DNA of 63,304 bases, filler included, from Octopus bimaculoides (lineage: Eukaryota): the NCBI RefSeq assembly GCF_001194135.2. It is 5 parts of 5 records of this genome, joined end to end, with 100 filler letters (N's around TTAATTAATTAA, not from the genome) between each part and the next. Parts side by side here need not be neighbours in the genome. Positions count along the whole stretch, not along the records: positions 25,271 to 42,514 come from NC_068985.1; 4 more parts are not named here. One strand, given 5' to 3'. Positions within the stretch are counted from its first letter, which is position 1, and every line of letters starts with the position of its first letter. The notes beneath the pieces were generated by a model that did not search any database, had not been told where the DNA came from, and saw only the letters and a program-made list of their open reading frames with translations. The position numbers and the translations under genes are program-made. Of this stretch, positions 26,395 through 39,869 are shown piece by piece.

Positions 26395-26903
26395 ATGACA
26401 GGCTTTCAAACAGTTCACCCTCATTCTAGATTCACCCACATGGCATTGGTTATTGGTTAGCCTGGAACTAAAGTTAGACGACAGTTGCTCAATGTTCCGC
26501 GGAGTAGAATTGAACCCGAAAGCATGCTACTGCGAAGCAAACCTCTTAACCACAACAGCCATGCCAGAACCCATACAAAGTCTTCTTTCGCCATAATTTA
26601 GCTGTCACTAGAAACATCCCGTTTGCGATACCCAATATTTATGTTGACATGTTGTTGTTACTGTTGTTGTTGTTGTTATTATTATTGATTGTCCGGGTCT
26701 CTGTTGTAGAGTCAGAGCGGCTTTTTTGATGAGTGATTCTCTCAAGGCGCAGCGTTCTGGAACACGGCACTATTTATGTCAGGAATGTAGTTTGTACACA
26801 TAATTTATCTGACAGCACATGGCCAACAAACAGCTTTAACTGCAGCAGAGAAGAAAAGCACGTATCTAACGGCATCGTTTCCACATCCTATTCGTCTTCA
26901 CAG

Positions 26904-26949
26904 AAAATCAAACGTATGTACAACGTGATAAGATGATTATTGGAGAAAA
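26904..26949 (+). CDS. Possible 46-nt internal exon
   Basis: tcttcacag| acceptor and |gtaagt donor; one open frame (xNQTYVQRDKMIIGEx). No recognisable homology. Confidence 0.2.
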
Positions 26950-27164
26950 GTAAGTGGCTCATTGGTGAAGCTAAAACACTGTTACCTGGTTTGATCTTCA
27001 GCTTTATTTATGATAATAACCTTTTATTCTTTAATTGGTTTCGCCCATTGAGCTTGCGACCATGTTGGAGCAACGCTTTTGAAGGATTTGGCAATAATAT
27101 CTTACAATCAGCTTCAGGATTTAGATATATATTTTTATCGCTCTATTTATATTTATTTGCGAAT

Positions 27165-27750
27165 GTGCATGGTCTAGTGGTCAGACTATTAAACTCACGA
27201 TCGCAAGAGCGCAGTTTCGATCCCCGAACTGGACGGTATACTATGTTCTTGAGCAAAATACTTCATTTCATTTTGCCGCAGTCCACTCAGCTGTAAAAGA
27301 GTAATCCTGCGATAGACTGTCTCTCGTGAGCAATATTGTGGTCTCCGTCTCTTATACGCCATGGAAACCGGGTAACCGCCCCGATTTGTTCTAGACCAGG
27401 GCTGGTAAATCCGAGGCCCGCTCGACACATTCTTGAAATATTGTGTTTAATTTCAAAATAAAATTGTTTGTACAAAACATTTGTTTCAAAATAAATTTTA
27501 AAATTTATAAGTAGTAATAAAGCAATAGCCTACGATTTTATAATTTCAAACATACGAAAGGCATGAAAAACTCTTGATTCTGTAATTCGATTATTTGACT
27601 ATTAGTGCATAAAACATACAAGCGGCCGTCAAAAAACTTTCTGTGATTAAAGTGGCCCGCAAAGTAATTCGAATTGACCAGGCCTGTTCTAGACTGAAGA
27701 CACTAATGCCCAGCGGTTACCTATGTATTTATTTACCCCAACAGCTGGGT
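27165..27750 (+). mobile_element. tRNA-derived SINE (family D) interrupted by a hAT MITE
   Basis: Head tggtctagtggt...gcagtttcgatcccc; body gttcttgagcaaaatacttcatttca...gtccactcagctg is shared with the minus-strand copy at 44480-44680. Confidence 0.65.
27397..27686. mobile_element. hAT (Charlie-like) MITE, 290 bp
   Basis: TIRs CAGGGCTGGTAAATCCG / CGAATTGACCAGGCCTG; exact 8-bp TSD TTCTAGAC at 27389-27396 and 27687-27694. Confidence 0.9.
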
Positions 27751-28889
27751 TACGTTTTGACATAAAATGGCGACAGAGCACCGGTTTACATTGATGAACA
27801 TAAACTTAGACACTTCTGTAAGAAAATATCATTATTCTCTTGATGGCGTTTGAGTCGTGCCAATGCATTCTGGGATCAAATCTTGCCGGAGTCAACTTTG
27901 ACATTCATCCGTCCACCTTACCCCTTTATGCAGATAGTACAAATAATTCCTCCAGATATTCATAACTTGCTGAACTATAAAGTTTGTTTTGACCTATTTG
28001 ATGCACATACTTCCTCTTCCTTCATATATAATTCGCCCCTGAACCACGATTGTTCAGTTTTTGTGAATACATTTGATATGGAGAAGAAGAAGAAAAATAA
28101 TTCACCCAGAAATATTTGATGAGAAATTAGAAATATCTGATGAGAAACATAATTTAATTACTGACTAATTTTATTCTGATGCGTTCAGCAAGAAATGGAG
28201 ACAACTCTGAACAGGTTACCTGATTATTATAACCTCATCAGTGAAGTGTAGCCTTTATCGTACATAACGAAGTAGTGATGAGATAATCACAAAGTAAATT
28301 TGCTGGTATAGAAAAACAGACAAATGCTTAATAAATTTAATACTTGGTTCTGCAATTTCTCATTAGAAATGCTTCACTTTGCACCCCATCCGTTTTCGCT
28401 GGGCTCCTTTTTCTGATTTGACATCGTTTACATTGATCTTAACCAATCTGGAAGAGCTTGCAAAGTCATATGACAACCTCACTTCTATTCCGATTAAATT
28501 TTACCAAAAAGTACAGCGCTGCTTATTTGTGATCAATACTTTTGAATGGAGAAGTCTTTAAGTTTTATCAAGTCTTTTGCATTTTCTGGTCGTTTTCTCA
28601 TTGTTGACAAATTAGATTTTCTCCAAGCTTTAACCAACACACTTCCGGAGAAACCTGGTCATAAGTCCAAACAATTCTCATCCATTTTTGCTGTGTCTAA
28701 AAAAGAGAGAAAGACAAAAAGTTGTGCTGGTGCCATTCAACGAACCAAATATGTCATAGTCTATATTTGTTAGAAGTAGCTTAATTCTTCAGTCCCACTT
28801 TTTTATAGCTGTCACATCCAATATTTGAACTTTCTAGTATATTTTTGACACCTCTTATCTCTTAATGCACACACACACACACACACACA

Positions 28890-28946
<57 letters not shown>

Positions 28947-28948
28947 AC

Positions 28949-28992
<44 letters not shown>

Positions 28993-29153
28993 TATTAGTA
29001 AGAATTGATACATAAGGGTGGAAGACCACAGGAACAATACCATATATCCAACGCAAGATTTAATATGTGTGTGTGTGTGTGTGTGTGTGTGNNNNNNNNN
29101 NTGTGTAATTTATACAAAAATTACAGCTTATATATATATATATACGATACACA

Positions 29154-29200
<47 letters not shown>

Positions 29201-29359
29201 GTATACAGACACATACATACATATATACCAGCTCTTTCCTTATCGAAAGAATATAAATAATTAAAAGAGAAAGATTGCATGCACATAGTTGATGTATAAC
29301 GAAGTGCATCGCTGCACTGGATTAATTATGCTCCAAAAAAGTTGCATAAAGCTTGGGAA

Positions 29360-29750
29360 TCTATTATCCTTTCTTTGCTTCAGTCATTGGACTGTGACCA
29401 TGCTGGGTCACCATCTTGAAGTGTTTAACAAGTGGAATCCAGAAATTATCTTTTAAGTCTGGTACTCATTCTATCGGTACTTTTTGCCGCGTTACTAAGT
29501 TATGTGAGCATAACAAAACCAATACCGGTTACTAAGAGTTGTGGTGAGGATAAACACACAAACATGCACACTCTTTCCCACGCACATACAAACGTATTTA
29601 TACGACGGGCTTCTTTCAGTTTCCATACACCAAATACACTCAAGTCTTCTGTCGGCCCTAAGCAATAGTAGATGACACTTGCCTAAGCTGCCACACAGTA
29701 ATACCTGAATCTGGAACCAAGTAGTTTGAAAGTAAACTTCTTACCACACT
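29360..29750 (-). mobile_element. SINE family A, degenerate
   Basis: gcttcagtcattggactgtgaccatgctgg...acgacgggcttctttcagtttcc. Confidence 0.8.
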
Positions 29751-29959
29751 GACCCCCAAATCTAACCGGTGAGCGCCGTGCATTTCAATTTTTTTTTAAT
29801 CTAGTGCCTTCTTTTTTTAATAACACTCATTCAACGCTCTCTTGCCATGAGCCCAATATATAAAATACATCACAGAAAACGACTGTCGACTGGTTGATCA
29901 CCATTTAAATGTTTCTTCAACATAAGTCATTCTATAAATCATTTGATATGAATTACCAA

Positions 29960-30355
29960 AAAATTTCGGTACAAGGTTAGCGAGTTCGGAGGAACGGAAT
30001 AAGTTTATTACATCAACCACAGTGCTCAACTGGTACTTATTTTATCGACCTCGAAAGGATGAAAGGCAAAGTCGACCTCGGACGAAATACAGCTCAGCAT
30101 TTTGCTCAGCGTGTTAAAGATCTTGTTATTTAGCCGCCTTCTTTTGACTGCTTCAAATTTTGGCACAAGGCTAGCAATTTAGCGGGAGGGGTTTAATCTA
30201 TTACGTCGATCTAGGTGCTCAACTGGCACTTATTTTATCGATCCCGTAAGAATGAACGGCGAAGTCGACCATGGCGAAATTTCAACTCAGAACGTAATGA
30301 TGGACAAAATGCCGCTGTGCATTTTGCCCAGTGTGCATCTGCCAGCTCATCGCTT
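29960..30355 (-). mobile_element. Two tandem copies of SINE family C
   Basis: The unit aaa.ttt.gg.acaagg.tagc...tggtacttattttatcga.c.cgaaaggatgaaaggcaaagtcgacc occurs twice (~29960-30140, ~30155-30355). Confidence 0.85.
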
Positions 30356-30504
30356 TATTTCAACTACTAAATATGACCAGTTGATTCCCTAAAATTTCTG
30401 CAAATAAGATCATGTGCGTATTTAGTTATTCACATTTGGATTTAACAAGTAAGCAACGTTTTGAAACATGAAATTCATCACAATATATTTCAATAGAAGC
30501 AGAA

Positions 30505-30670
30505 ATTTTATTCATCAAAGTAAGTACCATTACAATCAACACATTTTTGCCAACTAATTACAAGTTTCGTTATTCCGGTAACATAAAAATCTGGAGTTCT
30601 GGAGCAGTTTCAGCATTGGTTTGATTTTTGAACTCTTTCTCTCGCAGGAAACCATCAAGGTGCCGCAGTT
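30505..30670 (-). mobile_element. Mariner transposase C-terminal fragment
   Basis: RHLDGFLREKEFKNQTNAETA / RTPDFYVTGITKLVISWQKCVDCNGTYFDE*. Confidence 0.85.
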
Positions 30671-30704
30671 CGATGACTGAAACAAGTAATAGGTAAAATA
30701 TAAT

Positions 30705-30910
30705 GATGAGCGGCTATGTGGTAAGAAGCTCGCTTCTCAGCCACATGGTTCCGGGTTCAATCCCATTGTGTGACACCTTGGGCAAGTGTCTTCTGCCATA
30801 GCCTCGGGCCGACCAAAGCATTGTGAGTGGATTTGGTAGACGGAAACTGAAAGAGACTGTCGTATACATACATACATACATACATACATACATGCATACA
30901 TACATACATG

Positions 30911-30944
<34 letters not shown>

Positions 30945-31275
30945 CATACATGNNNNNNNNNNNNNNNNNNNNNNNNNNNNNNNNNNNNNNNNNNNNNNNN
31001 NNNNNNNNNNNNNNNNNNNNNNNNNNNNNNNNNNNNNNNNNNNNNNNNNNNNNNNNNNNNNNNNNNNNNNNNNNNNNNNNNNNNNNNNNNNNNNNNNNNN
31101 NNNNNNNTATATATATATATATATATATGTCTGTGTGAGTGTGTTTGTCTCCACCCCACCATCGCTTGACAACCGATGTTGGTGTGTTTACGTCCCCGTA
31201 ATCTAGCGGTTCGGCAGAAACGACAGATAGAAATAAGTACTAGGCTTACAAAAAATAAATCCTGGAGTAGAATTG
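30705..31275 (+). mobile_element. SINE family A with gap in its internal microsatellite
   Basis: 5' half at 30705-30865 and 3' half at 31130-31275 match the family. Confidence 0.85.
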
Positions 31276-31964
31276 TTCGATTGACCGAGACAAGTAAAAG
31301 CAAGAGTAAGAGAAAATTCTCCTCCGTCGTTCAGGGTTGCATCTGTAATTGTACGTCATAGGCTTGGACAAGACTTTTTTTTTCCTCAAGGAGAACTAGC
31401 AATTGCCCGTGCAAAATTCTGTTTGCGAGCGGAACAATGAAATTATGCAAGACTTTTCTAAAAATCATTATGTAACTTCTTACTGTTGTTGTTACGTAAC
31501 TTCCAATATTGGAGCTTTGATTCTTCGGAATTTTCCCCACACGCACACACACTCACACATATGCACACACTCACACATTGGTATATAAACATATCTACGC
31601 ATGTGTACACACATACATATTCACAAGCATTTTTATACATAAAACATACGTGTATATAGATACATATTGTATACAAAGTACATACATACATACATACATT
31701 TACGCATACATACATATTTACATATATTCAAATATACATACATACACGCAGATATATATGCAAACACACGCACATATATATAATCGCACGCGCACACACA
31801 CACACGCATATGTATATATCTATATACATGCACATATTCTCCCTCCTCTTCTTTCTCCTCTTCTTTCAATTTCCTCTCAAGCAAGAATTTAATTGAATTC
31901 ACGCGAGGAAAGTGTTTTACATTTCCTTCGTTCTAAATATGTCGGATATTGTGGACTGTGTTTA

Positions 31965-34900
31965 TTAGAGGGGAGTAGAGGGAGAGGAGGAAGGAGGGAG
32001 GGAGAGAGAGGGAAGGAGAGAGGGAAGGAAAGAGAGAGAGTAGGAGAGAGAGGGAAGGAGAGAGAGAAGGAGGAAGAGAGGGAAGGAGAGAGAGAGAGAG
32101 AAGGAGAGAGAGAGTAGGAGAGAGAGAAGGAGAGGGAGGGAAGGAGGGAGGGAGGGAGAGAGGGAAGGAGGGAGGGAGAGTGAAGGAGGAAGAGGAGGAA
32201 GGAGGGATTGAGAGGGAAGGAGGGAAGGAGAGAGAGGGAAGGAGAGAGGGAAGGAGAGAGAGAGAGTAGGACAGAGAGGGAAGGAGAGAGAGGAGGAAGA
32301 GAGGGAAGGAGGGAGAGAGAGGGAAGGAGAGAGAGAGTAGGAGAAAGAGAGAAGGAGAGAGAGGGAAGAAGGGAGGGAAGGAGAGAGGGAAGGAGATAGG
32401 GAGTGGGAGAGGAGGGAGACGAGGAAGGAGGGAGGGAGAGAGGGAAGGAGAGAGNNNNNNNNNNNNNNNNNNNNNNNNNNNNNNNNNNNNNNNNNNNNNN
32501 NNNNNNNNNNNNNNNNNNNNNNNNNNNNNNNNNNNNNNNNNNNNNNNNNNNNNNNNNNNNNNNNNNNNNNNNNNNNNNNNNNNNNNNNNNNNNNNNNNNN
32601 NNNNNNNNNNNNNNNNNNNNNNNNNNNNNNNNNNNNNNNNNNNNNNNNNNNNNNNNNNNNNNNNNNNNNNNNNNNNNNNNNNNNNNNNNNNNNNNNNNNN
32701 NNNNNNNNNNNNNNNNNNNNNNNNNNNNNNNNNNNNNNNNNNNNNNNNNNNNNNNNNNNNNNNNNNNNNNNNNNNNNNNNNNNNNNNNNNNNNNNNNNNN
32801 NNNNNNNNNNNNNNNNNNNNNNNNNNNNNNNNNNNNNNNNNNNNNNNNNNNNNNNNNNNNNNNNNNNNNNNNNNNNNNNNNNNNNNNNNNNNNNNNNNNN
32901 NNNNNNNNNNNNNNNNNNNNNNNNNNNNNNNNNNNNNNNNNNNNNNNNNNNNNNNNNNNNNNNNNNNNNNNNNNNNNNNNNNNNNNNNNNNNNNNNNNNN
33001 NNNNNNNNNNNNNNNNNNNNNNNNGGGTTAGGGTTAGGGTTAGGGATAGTGTTAGCGTTAGGGTTAGGGTTAGCGTTCCGGTTAGGGTTAGGGTAAGGGT
33101 TAGGGATAGGGTTAGGGTTAGGGTTAGGGTTAGGGTTAGCATTAGGGTTAGGGTTAGCGTTAGGGTTAGGGTTAGGGTTAGGGTTAGGTTTAGGGTTAGG
33201 GTTAGGGTTAGGTTTATGGTTAAAGTTAGGGTGAGGGTTAGGGTTAGGGTTAGGGTTAGGGTTAGCGTAAGGGTTAGTGTTAGTGTTAGGGTTAGGGTTA
33301 GGGTTAACGCTAGGGTTAAGGTTAGGGTTAGGGTTAGGGTTAGGGTTAGGGTTAGCGTTAGGGTTAGGGTTAGCGTTAGCCTTAGGATTAGGGTTAGGGT
33401 TAGGGTTAGGGTTAGGGTTAGGGTTAGGGTTAGGGTTAGGGTTAGGATTAGGGTTAGGGTTAGGGTTAGGGTTAGGGCTAGGGTTAGCGTTAGGGTTAGG
33501 GTTAGCGTTAGGGNNNNNNNNNNNNNNNNNNNNNNNNNNNNNNNNNNNNNNNNNNNNNNNNNNNNNNNNNNNNNNNNNNNNNNNNNNNNNNNNNNNNNNN
33601 NNNNNNNNNNNNNNNNNNNNNNNNNNNNNNNNNNNNNNNNNNNNNNNNNNNNNNNNNNNNNNNNNNNNNNNNNNNNNNNNNNNNNNNNNNNNNNNNNNNN
33701 NNNNNNNNNNNNNNNNNNNNNNNNNNNNNNNNNNNNNNNNNNNNNNNNNNNNNNNNNNNNNNNNNNNNNNNNNNNNNNNNNNNNNNNNNNNNNNNNNNNN
33801 NNNNNNNNNNNNNNNNNNNNNNNNNNNNNNNNNNNNNNNNNNNNNNNNNNNNNNNNNNNNNNNNNNNNNNNNNNNNNNNNNNNNNNNNNNNNNNNNNNNN
33901 NNNNNNNNNNNNNNNNNNNNNNNNNNNNNNNNNNNNNNNNNNNNNNNNNNNNNNNNNNNNNNNNNNNNNNNNNNNNNNNNNNNNNNNNNNNNNNNNNNNN
34001 NNNNNNNNNNNNNNNNNNNNNNNNNNNNNNNNNNNNNNNNNNNNNNNNNNNNNNNNNNNNNNNNNNNNNNNNNNNNNNNNNNNNNNNNNNNNNNNNNNNN
34101 NNNNNNNNNNNNNNNNNNNNNNNNNNNNNNNNNNNNNNNNNNNNNNNNNNNNNNNNNNNNNNNNNNNNNNNNNNNNNNNNNNNNNNNNNNNNNNNNNNNN
34201 NNNNNNNNNNNNNNNNNNNNNNNNNNNNNNNNNNNNNNNNNNNNNNNNNNNNNNNNNNNNNNNNNNNNNNNNNNNNNNNNNNNNNNNNNNNNNNNNNNNN
34301 NNNNNNNNNNNNNNNNNNNNNNNNNNNNNNNNNNNNNNNNNNNNNNNNNNNNNNNNNNNNNNNNNNNNNNNNNNNNGAAGGAGGGAGAGAGGGAAGGAGA
34401 GAGAGAAGGAGAGGGAGAGGAGGAAGGAGGGAGGGAGGGAGAGGGAGAAAGATGGAGAGAGAGAAGGAGAGGGAGAAGTGGAAGGAGTGAGGGAGGGAGA
34501 GGGAGAAAGAGGGAGAGAAGGAGGGAGAGAGAAGGAAGGAGAGGGAGAAAGTGGGAGAGAGAGAAGGAGAGAGGGAGAGGAGGAAGGAGAGACAGAAGGA
34601 GGGAGAGAAGGAGGGAGAGAGAAGGAAGGAGAGGGAGAAAGTGGGAGAGAGAGGGAGAGAAGGAAGGAGAGAGAGAAGGAGGGTGAGAAGGAGGGAGAGA
34701 GAGGGAAGGAGAGGGACAGAGAGAATGAGAGAGAGAAGGAGGGAGAGAGAGTGAAGAAGAGAAAGAGAGGGGAAGAAGAGAGAGAGGGAAGGAGAGAGGG
34801 AGAAGCGGGGAGAGAGAGAAAGAGAGAGAGAGAGAGATAGTAAGAGACAGACATGGTAGAAAGGAGAGGACAGGGTAGGAGAGAGACAAAGAGACAAAAG

Positions 34901-35253
34901 GAGAGAGAGAGAGGGAAGGAGAGAGAGAGAGAGAGAGAGAGACAGAGAAGAGATTTAGGAAGAGAGGATACCAACGAGAGAGGGAGAGAGAAAATGGGGA
35001 GAGAAGGAAAGAGACGGGACCACAGGTAGGAGAGAATAATAGAGAGTGAAAGACAGAAAGAGAGAGGGAGAGAAAGAGAGCGATAGGAAGAGAGAAAGAG
35101 AAAGAGAGAGAGAGGGAGGGAGAGGGAGAAAGATGGAGAGAGAGAAGGAGAGGGAGAAGTGGAAGGAGTGAGGGAGGGAGAGGGAGAAAGAGGGAGAGAG
35201 AGAAGGAGAGAGGGAGAGGAGGAAGGAGAGAGAGAAGGAGGGAGAGAAGGAGG
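31965..35253. repeat. Polypurine GA-rich low-complexity satellite (gapped)
   Basis: Plus strand almost exclusively G/A with units such as gagagggaagga; interrupted by gaps and by the TTAGGG block. Confidence 0.95.
33025..33513 (+). repeat. Telomeric-type (TTAGGG)n array with variants
   Basis: About 490 bp of TTAGGG with TTAGCG/TAAGGG/TTAGGA variants; gaps on both sides. Confidence 0.95.
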
Positions 35254-36047
35254 NNNNNNNNNNNNNNNNNNNNNNNNNNNNNNNNNNNNNNNNNNNNNNN
35301 NNNNNNNNNNNNNNNNNNNNNNNNNNNNNNNNNNNNNNNNNNNNNNNNNNNNNNNNNNNNNNNNNNNNNNNNNNNNNNNNNNNNNNNNNNNNNNNNNNNN
35401 NNNNNNNNNNNNNNNNNNNNNNNNNNNNNNNNNNNNNNNNNNNNNNNNNNNNNNNNNNNNNNNNNNNNNNNNNNNNNNNNNNNNNNNNNNNNNNNNNNNN
35501 NNNNNNNNNNNNNNNNNNNNNNNNNNNNNNNNNNNNNNNNNNNNNNNNNNNNNNNNNNNNNNNNNNNNNNNNNNNNNNNNNNNNNNNNNNNNNNNNNNNN
35601 NNNNNNNNNNNNNNNNNNNNNNNNNNNNNNNNNNNNNNNNNNNNNNNNNNNNNNNNNNNNNNNNNNNNNNNNNNNNNNNNNNNNNNNNNNNNNNNNNNNN
35701 NNNNNNNNNNNNNNNNNNNNNNNNNNNNNNNNNNNNNNNNNNNNNNNNNNNNNNNNNNNNNNNNNNNNNNNNNNNNNNNNNNNNNNNNNNNNNNNNNNNN
35801 NNNNNNNNNNNNNNNNNNNNNNNNNNNNNNNNNNNNNNNNNNNNNNNNNNNNNNNNNNNNNNNNNNNNNNNNNNNNNNNNNNNNNNNNNNNNNNNNNNNN
35901 NNNNNNNNNATATGTATATATATGTATATATATGTGTATATATGTATGTATATATATGTATATATATATATATGTATATATATGTATATATATGTGTATA
36001 TATGTATGTATATACATATATATATATATAAATATATATATATATAA

Positions 36048-36101
<54 letters not shown>

Positions 36102-36909
36102 GAGTTTGGATTTTTTCGACCTTCATTTCTTTACTTTACTCCTGTTTTCTTTCATCTTTCTCTTTCATTCTTTATTCTTTCTTGTATTTTTCTTCCCTTT
36201 CTCGTTTTTCTTTTATGTACATATGTCCTCCTTTTTGTATATATATATAAATCTCCCTTCTTCCATTTGTCTACCATCCATCTTTATTTTCCCCCTTTAT
36301 TTTTCTTTCCCTCTCCTGTTGTCTTCCGTTTTTCGTTTCACTCTCTTTGTTTTTTTCTTATATATATATATATATATACAGTACAGTTTAAAGTTTTAGT
36401 AACGGTTTCTTAGAGAAATGTTCTCTAGCACGTTTTTCTTCTCTCTCACTTCATATCGCATTGACATAACTTCAACTTTTGTCTTGAATATCTTTGTTGC
36501 TTGAGGCAATGACGCTATTTTCTCTCTCTGTCATTCTATCGTTCTATCACACACACACACAGACAAACACACACAGACATACATATATGATAATCCCCAA
36601 CTCGATTTCGGTAATACCTTTGCCTGATTGTTCTCTGAAACGCGAGCAGCACGAATATGGCTTTTCAGTTTGCCAGGGACTGAGATTCCTTTGTACAGAT
36701 GTTGCTACAATAGGCACCATTTGCAGTAGGTGTTACAGTATTGTTTTGCTGAGCCTTCATATGACGTCTCACTTCACTTTTCAATTTCTTTCCATATTCC
36801 CTGCACGTAGAGATATCATATATTGCATAGTTCACAACTTCTCTGTGTGTGTGTGAGTTGCTTCTATGATGATTTCTAACACCTGTCTTATTTACCATAG
36901 ACACAACCA

Positions 36910-37420
36910 GGATCCTTGTGCTTTGACGGGCAACATTTTTTTTATGTAGTGTTTTTGGTACCGAAACACTTTCAAACTTCGAATACTTGTATATTTTGTG
37001 TTATAGAACAGATAAAAAATTTTGTATTCGAAATTATTTCATGTAAAAAATTGTCGTATTTCAGTAATTTCAACCAATCACTGACGTCTATTGAGGTGAA
37101 AACAATTACGCCGTGGAATATAACAACGGTGTTACGGGATTTTTTCCCTTGAATAAAATTAGTCCCGTTGTTTGTCAACAAAAACTATCCGTTGTCAACA
37201 ACTATCTGCGGTATATTTTTCGTTTGTCACTGTTATTTATGACATCGTTCGTGCGTTTGTACTGGTTTTAGATTTAGGGTTTTAAGGTTAGGGCTCGGGT
37301 TTTAGAGTTAGGGTTAGTTTTAGGATTACGGTTAGGGTTATGATTATTTTTGCCATAACCTTAACTCTAACCCTATAACTCATAACCATAACCATAACCC
37401 TAACACTAACCCCAACCCTA
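36910..37420 (+). mobile_element. Dispersed repeat with telomere-like tract, copy 1
   Basis: GGATCCTT start; shares aaacactttcaaacttcg, ttgtcgtat.tc.gtaatttcaaccaatca, ttgtttgtca.caa.aactatc and tttgtactgg with copy 2, then degenerate TTAGGG/TTTTAGGG. Confidence 0.8.
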
Positions 37421-37831
37421 NNNNNNNNNNNNNNNNNNNNNNNNNNNNNNNNNNNNNNNNNNNNNNNNNNNNNNNNNNNNNNNNNNNNNNNNNNNNNNNN
37501 NNNNNNNNNNNNNNNNNNNNNNNNNNNNNNNNNNNNNNNNNNNNNNNNNNNNNNNNNNNNNNNNNNNNNNNNNNNNNNNNNNNNNNNNNNNNNNNNNNNN
37601 NNNNNNNNNNNNNNNNNNNNNNNNNNNNNNNNNNNNNNNNNNNNNNNNNNNNNNNNNNNNNNNNNNNNNNNNNNNNNNNNNNNNNNNNNNNNNNNNNNNN
37701 NNNNNNNNNNNNNNNNNNNNNNNNNNNNNNNNNNNNNNNNNNNNNNNNNNNNNNNNNNNNNNNNNNNNNNNNNNNNNNNNNNNNNNNNNNNNNNNNNNNN
37801 NNNNNNNNNNNNNNNNNNNNNNNNNNNNNNN

Positions 37832-38169
37832 NGATCAACGGAACAGCCTGCTCGCGAAATTAACGTGCAAGTGGCTGAGCACTCCACAGACACGTGTACC
37901 CTTAATGTAGTTCTCGGGGATATTCAGCGTGACACAGTGTGACAAGGTTGGCCCTTTGAAATACAGGTACAACAGAAACAGGAAGAAAGAGTGAGAGAAA
38001 GTTGTAGTGAAAGAGTACAACAGGGTTCGCCACCATCCTCTGCCGGAGCCTCGTGGAGCTTTAGGTGTTTTCGCTCAATAAACACTCACAAGGTCCGGTC
38101 TGGGAATCGAAACCGCGATCCTATGACCGCGAGTCCGCTGCCCTAACCACTGGGCCATTGCGCCTCCAC
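37832..38169 (-). mobile_element. SINE family B (tRNA-derived)
   Basis: Head gtggaggcgcaatggcccagtggttagggcagcggactcgcgg...ggtttcgattccc with A and B boxes; colinear with 52823-53212. Confidence 0.9.
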
Positions 38170-38184
38170 GTGTGTGTGTGTATA

Positions 38185-38753
38185 TAGGGTTGATCTAACA
38201 AGTACATAGGATTCAATAATTAATTTCTATTTTTTCAAACTTTTGGTGCAAGTTCAGCAATGTTTGTAATTTTAACCGCTTGGCTTCGATCAAACGGTTT
38301 CTCTATTTCTGCACACATGAACTAGCCTCCCCTCAGTATGTGGAACTTCTACCGAATGTCCTCGTATACAACAATTCTAATAGTCCAGAAGGACTGCTGA
38401 ACTTCTTTGGAGATGGCCCTCGTGTTTCCGGTATCATCACCGAAAGCGTTTCGAGCCCGATGAATTACGATGTCCTTATAGTGCCAGACGCTTAGAAAGT
38501 TTTCTTTGATACAGATGAAACATTCTCGCTAATGGTTTCCAATTCCACTCGAAGTGTGCGTTCAGAAATCGGCATTTTCTAAATCGCTGTGTTCTGCGTA
38601 TATGGTGACAATAACTACACCTCTTTTCATTTCTTGTGTTAGCATTTTTATTTGCCATAGGGAATCTAAATAGAAGAAACTCGCAATTAATTCTGGTTTG
38701 AAGAAAGCAATATACTGATAATTATAAGTCCTCAAATATCCATCGTACCCCGG

Positions 38754-38757
<4 letters not shown>
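38185..38757 (-). mobile_element. Decayed Tc1/mariner transposase N-terminal part
   Basis: Frameshifted KRC/VIVTIYAEHSDLE ... RIVVYEDIR*KFHILRGG*FM resembles the HAVIV.L.A.HSDLEI ... RIVHEDIRYKSYVMRRGQFM type of Tc1-like transposase. Confidence 0.65.
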
Positions 38758-38832
<75 letters not shown>

Positions 38833-39019
38833 GCCTGTCTGTCTGTCTGCCTGNNNNNNNNNNNNNNNNNNNNNNNNNNNNNNNNNNNNNNNNNNGTCTG
38901 TTCGCCTGCCTGCCTGTCTGTCTGTCTGTCTGTCTGCCTGCCTGCCTGTCTGCCTGTCTGTCTGTCTGTCTGTATGTATGTCTGTCTGCCTGTCTGTCTG
39001 TCTCTCTCTCTGTCCGTCC

Positions 39020-39052
<33 letters not shown>

Positions 39053-39053
39053 C

Positions 39054-39115
<62 letters not shown>

Positions 39116-39421
39116 GTGTGTGTATGTGTTTATTTTTTGGGAACGGTGAATCTCGAAGCTCAAAAATCTATAAACAATAGCGCATAAATACTGGGCTGGA
39201 AAAAGACATTGGATTAAAAAAATCGAAAGCTAACATCAACAATACACACACACACATACACACACACGCACACGCACACACACACACATATGTACACATA
39301 AACATGCGTGTGTATATGTATATACAAACATATAAAAAATACATATATTATTTATATATAAAATATATTCATATATATATTCATATATATATATTTGTGT
39401 GTGCGTGCCCGCATGTATGTG

Positions 39422-39472
<51 letters not shown>

Positions 39473-39756
39473 TGTATATATTAGATTGCATATCTCGTAT
39501 ATTTAATCTTATCTATTTGACGTATGTATGTAAATCCTATTTTTACGCCTTCTGAATCAGTGATACCCCACTTTCTACTGGTGCCTTTCTCATGTTACTT
39601 TATCATTAAGTGGCCGAAATGTTGAGGACGTGTGTGTGTATGTGCGCACATACGTATGTATATGTTTTTCTGTGTATGTGTGCATGTGTGTGTGTCTGTG
39701 TGCATCAACATGTGATTGTAGGTATGGGTATGTGGTTGTAGGTGATTATAGGTATC

Positions 39757-39823
<67 letters not shown>

Positions 39824-39838
39824 ATGTATGAATGTATT

Positions 39839-39869
<31 letters not shown>

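Noticed and set aside
28135-28160. CTGATGAGAAAC
   Set aside because: Core halves are adjacent with no stem II; chance match in AT-rich DNA.
28380-28700. Minus-strand fragments (VKAWRKSNLSTMRKR...) faintly like a DNA-transposon ORF
   Set aside because: Multiple stops and frameshifts and no diagnostic motif; cannot be assigned without a profile search.
36620-36655. CTGATTG...GAAACGCG as a hammerhead
   Set aside because: No stem II and no UH cleavage site.
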